A DNA stretch of 64,000 nucleotides from Marsupella aquatica (GCA_973895155.1 OZ316896.1:930001-994000); one strand, 5' to 3'. Numbered from the stretch's first letter, positions 49,998 to 60,700 are shown. Made by a program: numbers and translations. Notes: generated by a model from the sequence alone, not told the origin.

Positions 49998-52949
49998 GTG
50001 GGCCCAGCAGCAGACGAACCTCCTAATACTGAGGCTAATAGGGATTTACACCATGATATGGGAGTGTCAGCTACCCTTGAGCCATTTGCACCAGAAGTAT
50101 CCAAACTTGGACTTCAGCCGGCAAACCTCACGGATGGAATTGTGGATCCAAAAGCTTGTCAGAAAATCGAAATTGAGCCAGACAAGTTTTTGAATATTGG
50201 TAAGCATATCGAAGGAGAGCTACGGGAACAGTATATCAGTTTATTAACCCAGTACAAAGATGTCTTTGCCTGGAGTCATTCTGATTTAAAAGGTATCCAT
50301 CCACATTTGGGCGAACATCGTATTGACCTTATGGAAGGAGCAGTACCTGTCCGACAGAGACAGTACCGTTTGAATCCCAAATATTCCATCCTGGTTAAAG
50401 ACGAGTTGGACAAGCTCACGACTGCTGGATTTATCTACCCGGTCTTGAGTAGTGAATGGGTCTCACCAATTGTCATTGTCCCCAAAAAGCCGGGACCCGA
50501 TGGTAAAACGAAAATTCGCGTTTGTCAAGACTTCCGGAAGTTGAATGCTGCCACTCGGAAAGATCATTATCCTTTGCCATTTATTGATCTGGTACTTGAT
50601 TCAGTGGCCTTGCATGAGTTATACAGTTTTTTAGATGGGTACTCTGGTTATAACCAGGTGTCCATTCGGAAGGAGGATCGCGACAAGACTACGTTCACCA
50701 CCGACTGGGGTACATATGCATTTACCATGATGCCTTTTGGGCTGTGTAATGCCCCGGGTACTTTTCAGCGCATTATGATGATTATTTTTCAAGAATATTT
50801 GCGGCATTTCATGGAGATTTTTATTGACGACTTTTGTGTTTACGGGTCAGCGGCTGAACACCTCGTCCATTTGGAGAAGACATTTCAGAAGTGTAGAGAG
50901 GCTCAGTTGTGTCTTCATCCAGAAAAGTGCTTTATTGGTATGAAGGAGGGAATTTTGTTAGGCCATGTTATTTCACAACGCGGCATTGAGGTTGATACAG
51001 AGAAGGTTAGAGTAATTATGGAGTTGCAACCACCGACCGATTTAAAGCAGCTTCGTGCTTTTCTGGGACATGTGGGGTATTATCGTCGGTTCATTTATAA
51101 ACATGCTAATATTGCCTTACCCTTAACCCAACTGTTAAAAAGTGATGTGGAATATACATGGAATGAGGAGCGGCAGCAAGCATTCCAGTTGCTCAAGGAT
51201 CGGTTAATCTCTGCACCTATTTTGTCACCCCCAGATTGGACTAAGAAGTTTCATGTCTTCATTGACTCTTCTGCGTTCTGCATTGGAGCTAATCTCAGTC
51301 AGAAGGATGTGGAAAACCGTGACCATCCAATTTACTATGCCAGCTGCCAAATGAGTGCAGCCGAGAAAAACTACTCCGTCACTGAACGGGCAGCTTTGGC
51401 CATCGTCTTTGCGTGTAAGAAATTTCGTCACTATTTGTTGGGGTATCAGGTTACTTTTCACACTGATCATAATTCCTTAAAATATTTGGTTAACCAAGTG
51501 GATCTCTCAGGACGAGTAGCCCGCTGGGTTTTACTACTCCAAGAATTTGATTATGAAGTTCATGTCCGACCTGGCAAACATCATGAGAATGCAGACTTCC
51601 TATCTCGGTTACCTGGTCCGGAGAATCAGCATAATCTCTCCGATGAATTTCCTGACGAGCATTTGTGGCACATTGAAGGGGAGTCTTCTCGATATTTTAA
51701 TATTGTGCACATGCTGCTTCATGGAACGTTCCCTGAAGGCTTTAATGCGGAAGAACGAGCTGTCTTTGCTCATAAGGTGGGTCCCTATACCATTATTCGG
51801 GGCACTTTGTTTAAACAAGGTCCTGATCAACAATTGCGACGTTGTCTAGAGGATAGGGAACTTCCCCAAGTAATTGAAGCTTTACATTCAGGAGAAACCG
51901 GTGGGCATTATGCTGTGAATACCACAGTTAAGAAAATTTTGGATGCTGGATACTGGTGGCCTACTATGCATCGAGATACTTACAATTTTATTAAGACCTG
52001 TGATCCCTGTCAAAGGATCGGGAAGCCCACTGCTAGTTCCAAATGGCCTCTTACGCCTATCCTTCCGTTGGCACCATTTGAGAAATGGGGGATTGATTTT
52101 ATTGGCCCAATTTCTCCAGCAGCTCGGAAAAGCCGAAGCAAATATATTATTCTGGCCACTGATTATGCCACCAAATGGGTAGAGGCGAAAGCTACTCGCA
52201 AGAATGATGCTATAACCGCAGCTGCATTTCTCTTTGAGCACATTATCACCCGGTTTGGTTGTCCTTTGGAGTTGGTAAGCGATAGGGGTTTGCATTTTCT
52301 TAACTCAACTATTGAGTTAATCATTGACCTTTATCTTATCAAGCATCGCAAAACTACTCCTTACAACCCCCGAGCTAATGGCTTAACCGAGAGAGCTAAT
52401 GGCATTATGGGCAAGATTCTGAATAAAATGGTAGAATCTCACAAGACAGATTGGGATGTGAAGCTCCATTCTGCATTATGGGCTTACCGCACCGCTGAGA
52501 AGATTACAACTCTTCACACCCCCTTCTATCTGACCTATGGCCTGAATAGTATTATTCCAATAGAATTTTCGTTACCAACGGAACGTATCTTGGTACCACA
52601 CCGACTCTCTCCTTCAGATAGTCTCTCACATCGGTTTTCCAATATTGTTAAATTAGAAGAAGTTAGACTTTTAGCATTAGACCATACAGTCACCATTCAG
52701 AACCAGCGTAAACTTGCTTATGATAAGAAGCTGCGCGTAGTGCAGTTAGATGTTGGTGATTTAGCATTAGTCTTTGATTCTCGTTATATGCTATTTCCTG
52801 GGAAACTTCATACTCATTGGATTGGTCCTTACCGAGTTACACACATCTGGGATAATGGTTCAGTTTCATTGACTACCTTAGATGGTCACCCACTTAACAC
52901 TAGAATCAATGGGTTTAGGATTAAACGGTACTATGAGTCTTCCATTTAG
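49998..52949 (+). CDS. pol: Pol: reverse transcriptase, RNase H, integrase (in frame with gag-PR across one TGA)
   Basis: RVCQDFRKLN, FLDGYSGYNQ, MPFGLCNAP, FIDDF; RNase H FIDSS..TDH..ADFLSR; integrase H..GGH..CDPC, GIDF, SDRG, NGLTER, WIGPY. No chromodomain. Probably no independent start codon. Confidence 0.95.
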   Translation: MGPAADEPPNTEANRDLHHDMGVSATLEPFAPEVSKLGLQPANLTDGIVDPKACQKIEIEPDKFLNIGKHIEGELREQYISLLTQYKDVFAWSHSDLKGIHPHLGEHRIDLMEGAVPVRQRQYRLNPKYSILVKDELDKLTTAGFIYPVLSSEWVSPIVIVPKKPGPDGKTKIRVCQDFRKLNAATRKDHYPLPFIDLVLDSVALHELYSFLDGYSGYNQVSIRKEDRDKTTFTTDWGTYAFTMMPFGLCNAPGTFQRIMMIIFQEYLRHFMEIFIDDFCVYGSAAEHLVHLEKTFQKCREAQLCLHPEKCFIGMKEGILLGHVISQRGIEVDTEKVRVIMELQPPTDLKQLRAFLGHVGYYRRFIYKHANIALPLTQLLKSDVEYTWNEERQQAFQLLKDRLISAPILSPPDWTKKFHVFIDSSAFCIGANLSQKDVENRDHPIYYASCQMSAAEKNYSVTERAALAIVFACKKFRHYLLGYQVTFHTDHNSLKYLVNQVDLSGRVARWVLLLQEFDYEVHVRPGKHHENADFLSRLPGPENQHNLSDEFPDEHLWHIEGESSRYFNIVHMLLHGTFPEGFNAEERAVFAHKVGPYTIIRGTLFKQGPDQQLRRCLEDRELPQVIEALHSGETGGHYAVNTTVKKILDAGYWWPTMHRDTYNFIKTCDPCQRIGKPTASSKWPLTPILPLAPFEKWGIDFIGPISPAARKSRSKYIILATDYATKWVEAKATRKNDAITAAAFLFEHIITRFGCPLELVSDRGLHFLNSTIELIIDLYLIKHRKTTPYNPRANGLTERANGIMGKILNKMVESHKTDWDVKLHSALWAYRTAEKITTLHTPFYLTYGLNSIIPIEFSLPTERILVPHRLSPSDSLSHRFSNIVKLEEVRLLALDHTVTIQNQRKLAYDKKLRVVQLDVGDLALVFDSRYMLFPGKLHTHWIGPYRVTHIWDNGSVSLTTLDGHPLNTRINGFRIKRYYESSI

Positions 52950-52971
52950 AATTCCACCTGGGACAGGTTGC

Positions 52972-52987
52972 AATTTAAGTGGAGGGC
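52972..52987 (+). promoter_or_regulatory. Internal duplicate of the polypurine tract
   Basis: AATTTAAGTGGAGGGC is identical to 56455-56470; both are preceded by GGGACA. Confidence 0.75.
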
Positions 52988-53332
52988 GGTAGTTATACTT
53001 AGTTAGAATTAGTGACCCTCCCTAGTAAGTATTCGGCATATTTTTTTAATTTTTTTTAGTTACTTTCAGTTTTTACATTGGACGCTGTGAAAAGCGTCCA
53101 TTGTAACTCGACGCTAGGGAAGCGTCCACTTAGTTTACAAAGGACGTTGTGCAGAGGTCCGCTTTTGTATTAGTTCAGTTGCATGAGACGCTGTGAGCCG
53201 ATGACTAGGCATCTTGTACAATGGCGGATTGCGACAGCTCAACGGGACGCTGAGGAGTAAGCAGTCGCGCTTCGCCCTAGTTCACTATGGAACACGATTC
53301 TCACTGAGCTTACGGAGCTAACAAGTCACGCG

Positions 53333-53947
53333 ATGGCGGAGACTGAGCTGACGACGCGACCAATACTCGCAGACATTCCATCGAATGCAGTGCATAGGCG
53401 GCAGTTGAAGACGGCTCTGGCAAAAATGGGCTTGAAGAAGCTGCTTCAACTTCCTTGGAAGATTTGCGAATTCAGCCTTATCGATCAAGGTGTCTGGGAC
53501 GCTGAAGAAAGGATTGGTGTGCGCTCGCGTCCCAGTGTTTGGACTGAAGCGCTCATAGCGAAGGTCTATTCGACGCCGATGGAGGGCGAGGATTTACAGA
53601 GGGTTGATTGTGAGCCTCGGGTTTATGTAGAATCCTTCTTCGCTCCAGGATCTTTCAAGAGGCGGAATGGATGGCTAGCGGCGGACTGCTTAGATAATTC
53701 TCTGCAGCGTCTATTTCGATTTCTGGCACCAATTTTCTACCCAGAAAGCCAGACGCGCATCACTCTTTCGTTCGCTGCAACGGTGATCTGTTCATTAGAA
53801 CAGACGCAGTCTATCAATTGGACGAAGGTTTTGCACCGAGTAATTCATACTCAGGTCAAAAATTTTCGTAGCAGGCTGAAAACGGGGAAAATAAGGTGTA
53901 CCTACTTGGCCCCTTATTTAGCTCACATTTACCATAAGTATGACTGA
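53333..53947 (+). CDS. Accessory ORF part 1: globular domain of unknown function (retrotransposon-associated)
   Basis: Clean 204-aa ORF with an ATG start; motifs GLKKLLQLPW, NGWLAADC, FLAPIFYP, INWTKVL, YLAPYLAHIY. Confidence 0.7.
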   Translation: MAETELTTRPILADIPSNAVHRRQLKTALAKMGLKKLLQLPWKICEFSLIDQGVWDAEERIGVRSRPSVWTEALIAKVYSTPMEGEDLQRVDCEPRVYVESFFAPGSFKRRNGWLAADCLDNSLQRLFRFLAPIFYPESQTRITLSFAATVICSLEQTQSINWTKVLHRVIHTQVKNFRSRLKTGKIRCTYLAPYLAHIYHKYD

Positions 53948-53956
53948 CTGCTTGTC

Positions 53957-55906
53957 TTGGAAAAAGATTTTTATCGCAACAATCAGAGAGCATCTACCGG
54001 TGAAGCAAATTATATGCCTGAAGTACGAGAAGTCCGAGCCAATTCCACAGTGGTAGAGCTATGTGCAATACTCGACTGTGAGGAACCTGAACTGGTGGGT
54101 GAAGTTCGGAAATTGAAAGAGACAAGAGCATCAGCTGAAGGGAGTGACGATCCGATTCTTCACCAACCAAGAGAGGCTCAAGTTGCCGAAGATGTTCCTT
54201 CAGCAATGCCAACAGGGTTGGAGCATTCTATGTCACCTCGACTCTCGTGTTCACCTTGTGCTGCCGAGCCTATTTATGATGTTGATCAGGATAATTCTGC
54301 TTCTCGGATGAATGTTGAAGATGAGGTGAGGGTGGATGAAGAAGGTTTTTCAGGGGAACCTCTTCAACATTCTACTGCTGAGGACGAGTATGATGGATTT
54401 ACTTCTACCCCTGTTTTGGTTCCCATAGAGGCAAATAGTGATGCTTTGCAGGCTTTACAGGAGTATGATTCGTCCGACTCTCTTAGTTCTAGCCCAAATA
54501 TAGGTGAAATCCCTCTGGTCCAGGAGTCAGAAATATTAAGCTCAGAAATTGTGAAGCTGGTTAAAGTTGATTCGGAGGATGCAATTGTGGATATAGACGA
54601 AGTAGGTGAACCAGTGACTTCTCCCCAATCTGTCGCAAGATACCCTGCCTGGTCTACACCTGGTTCACTCATATCGATTCCTTTGGATATAACTAAGGAA
54701 TTAGATGAGGCAATAGCCGCGACAGGAGCTCCTTCATTTCCGCCTGTAAAATGGGTTTCTCCTGAAGATGAGTTGATTGAAGGAGGCTCTGCTGGTTTTC
54801 CGAGTCGCAATCAGGTATCTGGTAATATGGGTATATCTGTACCCATATTGGTACCCGAGACACCCGCTTCGACAACCAGCTCAGCACCAGTTTCATTGGC
54901 TACAAACGAGGATAAAAACATTCGGGAGGAGTTTTCAGTGACGTATACTCGAAAATCTTGGAAACGGTTGCGCCATGCTATCAGTCGACAGATCTTTCCT
55001 GAAGCATCTTCCCAGGATTTTGAACAGGGAGAAGCACCTATCGGAACAGACGAGCTACCCCTTCCTGTACTTTTGACAGATCGAACTAACCAGGAAGTCT
55101 CTTTACCTAGCGATAATTTTAAAGAAGAACTTCCTGTTTTAGTACCAATGCATCCCATTGCAGATCAACCAGCTACTGTTGCAAGAGAAGAATTTGAACC
55201 ACTGGAGCCCGAACCTTCTGCTCCTTCGTCTCCTGTTACATTGCCAATTCGACCAGTTAAGGAGTCAGTGATTCCTTCCGCTATGCCAGATGTAATTTTC
55301 CGTTGGATAGGAGCACCAAGTGATGGAGAAGAAGACGAAGACCCTCGCATTATCAGAGTACCTCCTCGACTTCGGCATACAGTGGATTTGCCACCCCGAA
55401 ATCCTATCCCTAATTTGGCTTCAATTCACAGGTGCGAGAAGAAACATTTTCGAGTAGCTTTTCGACATCTGGAGATGGAGAGCATTTTGCAGCAGCAGCA
55501 GATTTTGCCAATGACATCCCATCCGAGGATTCGTAGTTTGATTCGCACATATGAACCTGGGAAGGCGGTTCCTCCCATTGATAAGGACAGACGACATAAG
55601 TTTTCGGAGTTCGAAATTTGGTGTTGGGTGTATATGCTTCGACGAGCTCAAGCTCCATTTCCGCCCCTTGTGCCGGAAATTCCATGGCCCTATCCATACT
55701 ATGTTTGGGTTTGTCCTGGTGGGTTTGCTATTCCAATTAAATATGAGAAGAAGCTTGTTAAGCTAAGGGAGCAGTTGATTACAAAACAATGTATGCTACC
55801 GGCTCCCCAAGGGTTCAAGTCGCTTAGGTGTTTAGCGTTCCTACCTATTATTCCTTCTTATCCGGATGTGATTATTCAAGGTGTTTTATCTAGGACACAG
55901 ATTTGA
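53957..55906 (+). CDS. Accessory ORF part 2: acidic, Pro/Ser-rich region plus basic/aromatic C-terminal domain
   Basis: 649 open codons in the same frame as part 1, separated from it by a single TGA. Confidence 0.6.
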   Translation: MEKDFYRNNQRASTGEANYMPEVREVRANSTVVELCAILDCEEPELVGEVRKLKETRASAEGSDDPILHQPREAQVAEDVPSAMPTGLEHSMSPRLSCSPCAAEPIYDVDQDNSASRMNVEDEVRVDEEGFSGEPLQHSTAEDEYDGFTSTPVLVPIEANSDALQALQEYDSSDSLSSSPNIGEIPLVQESEILSSEIVKLVKVDSEDAIVDIDEVGEPVTSPQSVARYPAWSTPGSLISIPLDITKELDEAIAATGAPSFPPVKWVSPEDELIEGGSAGFPSRNQVSGNMGISVPILVPETPASTTSSAPVSLATNEDKNIREEFSVTYTRKSWKRLRHAISRQIFPEASSQDFEQGEAPIGTDELPLPVLLTDRTNQEVSLPSDNFKEELPVLVPMHPIADQPATVAREEFEPLEPEPSAPSSPVTLPIRPVKESVIPSAMPDVIFRWIGAPSDGEEDEDPRIIRVPPRLRHTVDLPPRNPIPNLASIHRCEKKHFRVAFRHLEMESILQQQQILPMTSHPRIRSLIRTYEPGKAVPPIDKDRRHKFSEFEIWCWVYMLRRAQAPFPPLVPEIPWPYPYYVWVCPGGFAIPIKYEKKLVKLREQLITKQCMLPAPQGFKSLRCLAFLPIIPSYPDVIIQGVLSRTQI

Positions 55907-55918
55907 AGGACACCATTT

Positions 55919-56395
55919 ATGAGAGATATCAAACGGTGTTGTCATTTATATGTATATAAGCCGTTACTTTTGCAGCATCCTGCAATTGTTTCCTTCTTTC
56001 TCCTTCGAATTGATATTTATCTGCTCATGTGGGACATCAAAGCTACTATGGATTGTTGGAATTCTTTACCCCGTGCTTTCCAACATTCCTTTGAAGGCAA
56101 GATCAAACTGGGAGGACATGCTATTCAACACTTTGTTATTGATCCAGGCTCTCGAATTAATTTCCTCTCCCACAGACTGTGCCAGCAATTTGTTCATCAA
56201 GAAGTACAACCGATATCTGCTCAGATATCAATCGATGGACGAATCATTAATCTTTGGGGAAGAGTTAAAGGAGTCCCAATACAGATCGGAGAAGAATTCC
56301 ATGACCTCGATTTTTATATTCTGGATTCGGATATCTCCCAACTCCCGTCAATGATTTTGAGCACTACTTGGATTATTAAGCCAGAATATTATTAA
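55919..56395 (+). CDS. Accessory ORF part 3: second retropepsin-like aspartic protease
   Basis: HFVIDPGSRINFLS..IDGRIINLWGRVKGVPIQIG..LDFYILD..MILSTTWI aligns by eye with the gag protease. Same frame as parts 1 and 2. Confidence 0.7.
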   Translation: MRDIKRCCHLYVYKPLLLQHPAIVSFFLLRIDIYLLMWDIKATMDCWNSLPRAFQHSFEGKIKLGGHAIQHFVIDPGSRINFLSHRLCQQFVHQEVQPISAQISIDGRIINLWGRVKGVPIQIGEEFHDLDFYILDSDISQLPSMILSTTWIIKPEYY

Positions 56396-56454
56396 TGAAG
56401 AACATGTCACTCGCTTCTGATTCAATTCGGTCATGTCTTGTGGGGACACGGCGA

Positions 56455-56470
56455 AATTTAAGTGGAGGGC
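56455..56470 (+). promoter_or_regulatory. Polypurine tract before the 3' LTR
   Basis: AATTTAAGTGGAGGGC, then TA, then the LTR start TGTGG. Confidence 0.85.
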
Positions 56471-56472
56471 TA

Positions 56473-57780
56473 TGTGGTATGGGTGTCCCTGCAATTTTTT
56501 CTGGAAACTTGTTTATTTTTAGCATATCACAAGATTTACTTACACTTTAGACACCTTCCGGCCAACATTTACTTGTTCTGGACACTTATAGAAATATTTG
56601 ACATCTCCGGCTTTCCTGACGATTCCTAGTGTACTTTGCCCGACCGCCACCAAGACTCTATGAGGATTTCAACCGACGCTGTGGAAAGCGTCAGCTTCAA
56701 CACACGACGCTGTGAGCAGCGTCCACCCTAGTATTGACGCTGTGAGCAGTGTGAGCAGCGTCCGTTGGTTTTACTTAAGACGCTTCTAGCAGCGTCCAGA
56801 TTCTCCCGACGCTTCTAGCAGCGTCCGCTCAACACTTAGTTTTTGAAGTAGATTACTAGTAAAGTAGTATTCTACCACCCTTGTTGAAGTACTTATGCTG
56901 TGCTTCTCCCTTGTTTAGTTTTAAGCTTGGAAAGGCACGACTGTTCTTACCTCCTCCATTTTAGGATTCCAGCACTTATAAGACAGAGTAGAATGCTCAT
57001 TTGAAGTAGAGAGAAATAGAGTTAATACTGTATTCAGAATTGAGTCTTCTGAATAGTTTTCTCCTCCTTCCATTGTAACAAGGCATGCTGTGAGTGTTTT
57101 GTATGGAAGTAAAGCTATATTGATTGAAGTTAAGATTGAATTCAAGAGATTCCTGTGGTGATTGAATTCAGTTGCAGATTTCTGAAACTCGTATTGAATT
57201 CACTGCTAGGCTTGCTTGCAGAGTCGGGATTCGCTAGCCAATTCAAGAATAGTTAATGATAAATGAGAAGTAAATTCTGATTCTCAGAGTAGTTAGTACT
57301 ATTGCTTTGATTCTGGAATATGGTTTAGAGTTTGACTGAATTGCGTATCGCTGATGTCAAACCATGTTGACGGCATTTTAAATCATATCATTCATTTGCA
57401 ATCAGAAAGCTTCTGCTTCATCAGATTGAGAATTCCATTATCATTAACCTTTGTGTTTTGAAGAGTGAGATGGATGAATTATGAGATAGATTTCATGTCT
57501 ATACTGAGCCCAAATCCTTTCTGAAGGAGTGGCAGTAGCAGCTTGTAGTCTCTAAATCCTTACTCATTTCTTCTCTAATTCATAAATCAGAAGTTCAGTT
57601 ACTTTGTTGTTTGTTTATTCGATTTTTTTATTGAGAAGTGAAGTCAACATAGAGCTCAAGACTCTAAATCACTCGGAGTGATAAAAGTTATACAATTCAT
57701 TCTGAAATCTGTTCTTAAAGGGATCGAAACCCTGGTTTTAGGTGAGGAGAGTCACTTTTGATACTTAGCACTATACGACA
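56473..57780 (+). repeat. 3' LTR (1308 bp)
   Basis: Near-identical to 44397-45704; followed by the TSD ATTGC. Confidence 0.96.
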
Positions 57781-60700
57781 ATTGCGTTGAGAATGGAGAC
57801 CAAGATACTTGATGATACTACTTATATGGTGAAGATTTGGAGTAGTGATGGGATCCAGGTGGTGCAGTCCCTGCTATGTTCCCTGGAAATGTGCGAAACC
57901 AAAAGGAATTACAAGAACCAAGGACTGAGGTTGAGAGGAACTCTAACGAGGAAAGGGAACAGGGAACAGCGAAATGGGTTTGTGCTCCGCTGAAGTTCAT
58001 GGACCAGCGGAGTGCTTGTGTTTTGGCTCCACAAGATAACAAGTGTTTTTCCAATTTGTTTGTAGGTTGCATTCAGACTAGTGAAGTTACCTATGTTGGT
58101 GGGAGTGAGATGACTGGGTGGCATAAGAGATATGTGAAAGAAGCCAGTCAGAGTTTGATTGAGTCTAACGAGCTTGATGATGATGAGAGTCTGGAAGGCA
58201 TTTTGGTGGAAACCGGATGCGACAAGCCACTCGAGAGTGTGGTTTCTGACTTTGAAAGTGGGAAGATGAAAATAGAGTTGAGCGAGTATCAATACTCGCT
58301 CGTCTCTAAGATTGTCTATTCAAACACAAAGTACAAGACCGTCGATAAGAAGGTGAGACCCGCAGCAATAGCTTTGTCGGATAATATGATGGAAGTGATG
58401 GAACGAGCCAAACTAGAATCAAGATTGAGACCGAAAGAACAAATAGGGCATAAGTTTACCTAGGAGAGTCTAGCGAGACTCATAATAGGTTTTGATGGGC
58501 TGCTTACTAAGGTGGAATAGGAAGCGTTTTGAAACATGATTTTGGAGCATGGCAAAGCTTTCTCATTCTTGATTGATGAGATTGGTTGTGCAGATCCAAG
58601 TAAAGTGACATCGATGGTCATCTTTACTGTCCCGCATGTGCTGTGGGATCTAAAGCCAATTGCCGTTCCGCGGGCTTTGGCTCCAAAGCTGGCAAAACTA
58701 TTGAAGGAAAAGCTAAGTGCTGGGATTCTTGAGATGTTGGATGCTCCATACTCAAACAAATGGTTTACGGTTGGAAGTTTGAGGTTCATCCAAGACATGC
58801 AGCCGCCGAACAAAGTGATGATCAGGAATGTGAGAGTAGGATCACTCGTGGATGAATTTTCCAAGGAGTTTGCCGGAAGGGCAATCTACTCTATGGGTGA
58901 TCTTTTTTTGGGCTATGATCAGCTTCAATTCGCAGGAAAGTCGAGACATAATGACTATGAGGACTCCTTTGGGCCTTTTGCGGATGTGCACCCTTCCACA
59001 AGGGGCGACTAACTTAGTGGCACATATACAGAATGCAATGAGTAAAGTTCTGGAACCATTCATTCCAGAAAAGGCAAGACCGTTTATTGATGATGTTCTG
59101 ATTAAGGGTTGCTTGGATGAGACTAAGGATGTGACCTTGAGGAGTCATGGGATCCGGTAGTTTGTGTGGGACCATATTGTTGATGTCAAGGCCATTCTTG
59201 GGAAACTGATTGAGGTTGGACTTACTCTTTCGGGGGAGAAGTCTGAGTTTGGAATGAGAGAGGTGAAGGTTGTTAGTCAGATGTGCGGAGCTTATGGGCG
59301 GAAACCGAACATGGATAAGGTGATGGCTATAAGTAAGATGAAGGATTGCAAGTCGGTGCCAAAAGTTTAAAAGTTTCTGGGTGCTTGTATATTTTACAAG
59401 ATCTGGATTCCTCATTTCTTGCACCTTGCAGATCCGCTCTATGAGTTGCTGAGAAAATGAGTTAAGTGGCGATGATTATCTAAACATAGTGAGACAATGT
59501 CGAGGTTGAAGAATGCTCTCATGAGCCCTCTGGTGCTTTGATCTATGAATTATGAGTGCAGAAGACCATTGGTAGTTATCGTTGATGCGAGCCCATTTGC
59601 GGCTGGATGAGCTATTGGACAGGATGATGAGAAAGGCGAGAGGTATGCAATTAGGTTTAGGGCTAAGATCTTTACAGAGAGACAAAGGAGATATGCCCAA
59701 GTGAAGTGGGAGCTTTGGGGTGCCAAAGTGACGCTCCATCAAGAGAGGAATTACTTGATTGGATCCCTAGTGGTGATTGAGACCAATTGTCAATTGTTAC
59801 TGGGAATGATAGCAAACTGTGATACGCCGGATATAGCGATGCTTAGATCGATTGCTATTTGCCAGTTCATTTTGGAGAATATCATTGCGAGACATGGGTG
59901 TTTTACGAGGATGAGAGCCGATAGGGGGGAGCTTAGCTTCAAGGAAGCTCAAAAGTTTTTTGACCAGTACCAAATCAAGTTCAAGCTTACTTCAAATTAC
60001 AATCCGGAAGGCAATAGGAAATCCGAAAGAGGTCATATTCAGATCATTAGTGCATGGCGAAGGCTTGCGATGGGGATTTGGCAGGTGGTCGAGCCTTCTT
60101 CCACTTGCCTTATTGGGGGATCGGATGACCTGCAGTTCTGATATTGGGTATGTTCCTGCTGAGTTGCTTATTGGATATTTGCCGATGATGCCTCTTGAGG
60201 AGGACATTTGTAGTTGGCAATTGATTTGATGGAAAGATAAAGTTTTGAGAGAAGAGTTGCTAGCTTGAAGGATCGAGCATTTTGGATTGTTACCTACAAA
60301 GATCGAAGTGGCTCGGAAGCAATTGAAGATGGCGAGGCTAAAAAATACGACGAGGTTCGATCAGACTCATCGTTTGAGGCTGGTTTTGGTAAAGGAAAGA
60401 GATTGGGTTTTGATTTATGAGAGCAAGTTGGACGAGCAACACTTGAGTCGAAACAAGTTTGCTTGAAGGTGGAAAGGTCCATATGTGGTGGTGACTGTTC
60501 ACTCGAATGCTACCTATACTATTCGAGAGTTGGATGGGACTATTCACCAAGTACCTTATGCAGGGAAAAGAGTAAAAATCTTTAAGAGGAGAACTGATAA
60601 AGGAATGGACTCAAGTTCCGATTTGAGTGAAAATGAAGATGAGGCATTGGTCCAGGCGCACTCAAAGGACTTAGACTCAGATTTGGCCAAAAAGAAGGAA

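Larger units (their letters stand above)
44397..57780 (+). mobile_element. Intact, very recent Ty3/gypsy non-chromoviral (Athila-like) LTR retrotransposon, 13.4 kb, with accessory 3' ORFs
   Basis: Two 1308-bp TG..CA LTRs; 5-bp TSD ATTGC (44392-44396 and 57781-57785); PBS, gag-PR, RT-RH-IN and PPT all present. Confidence 0.97.

Noticed and set aside
53333-56395. Accessory ORF as a retroviral envelope glycoprotein
   Set aside because: No signal peptide, clear transmembrane helix or fusion-protein features are visible.
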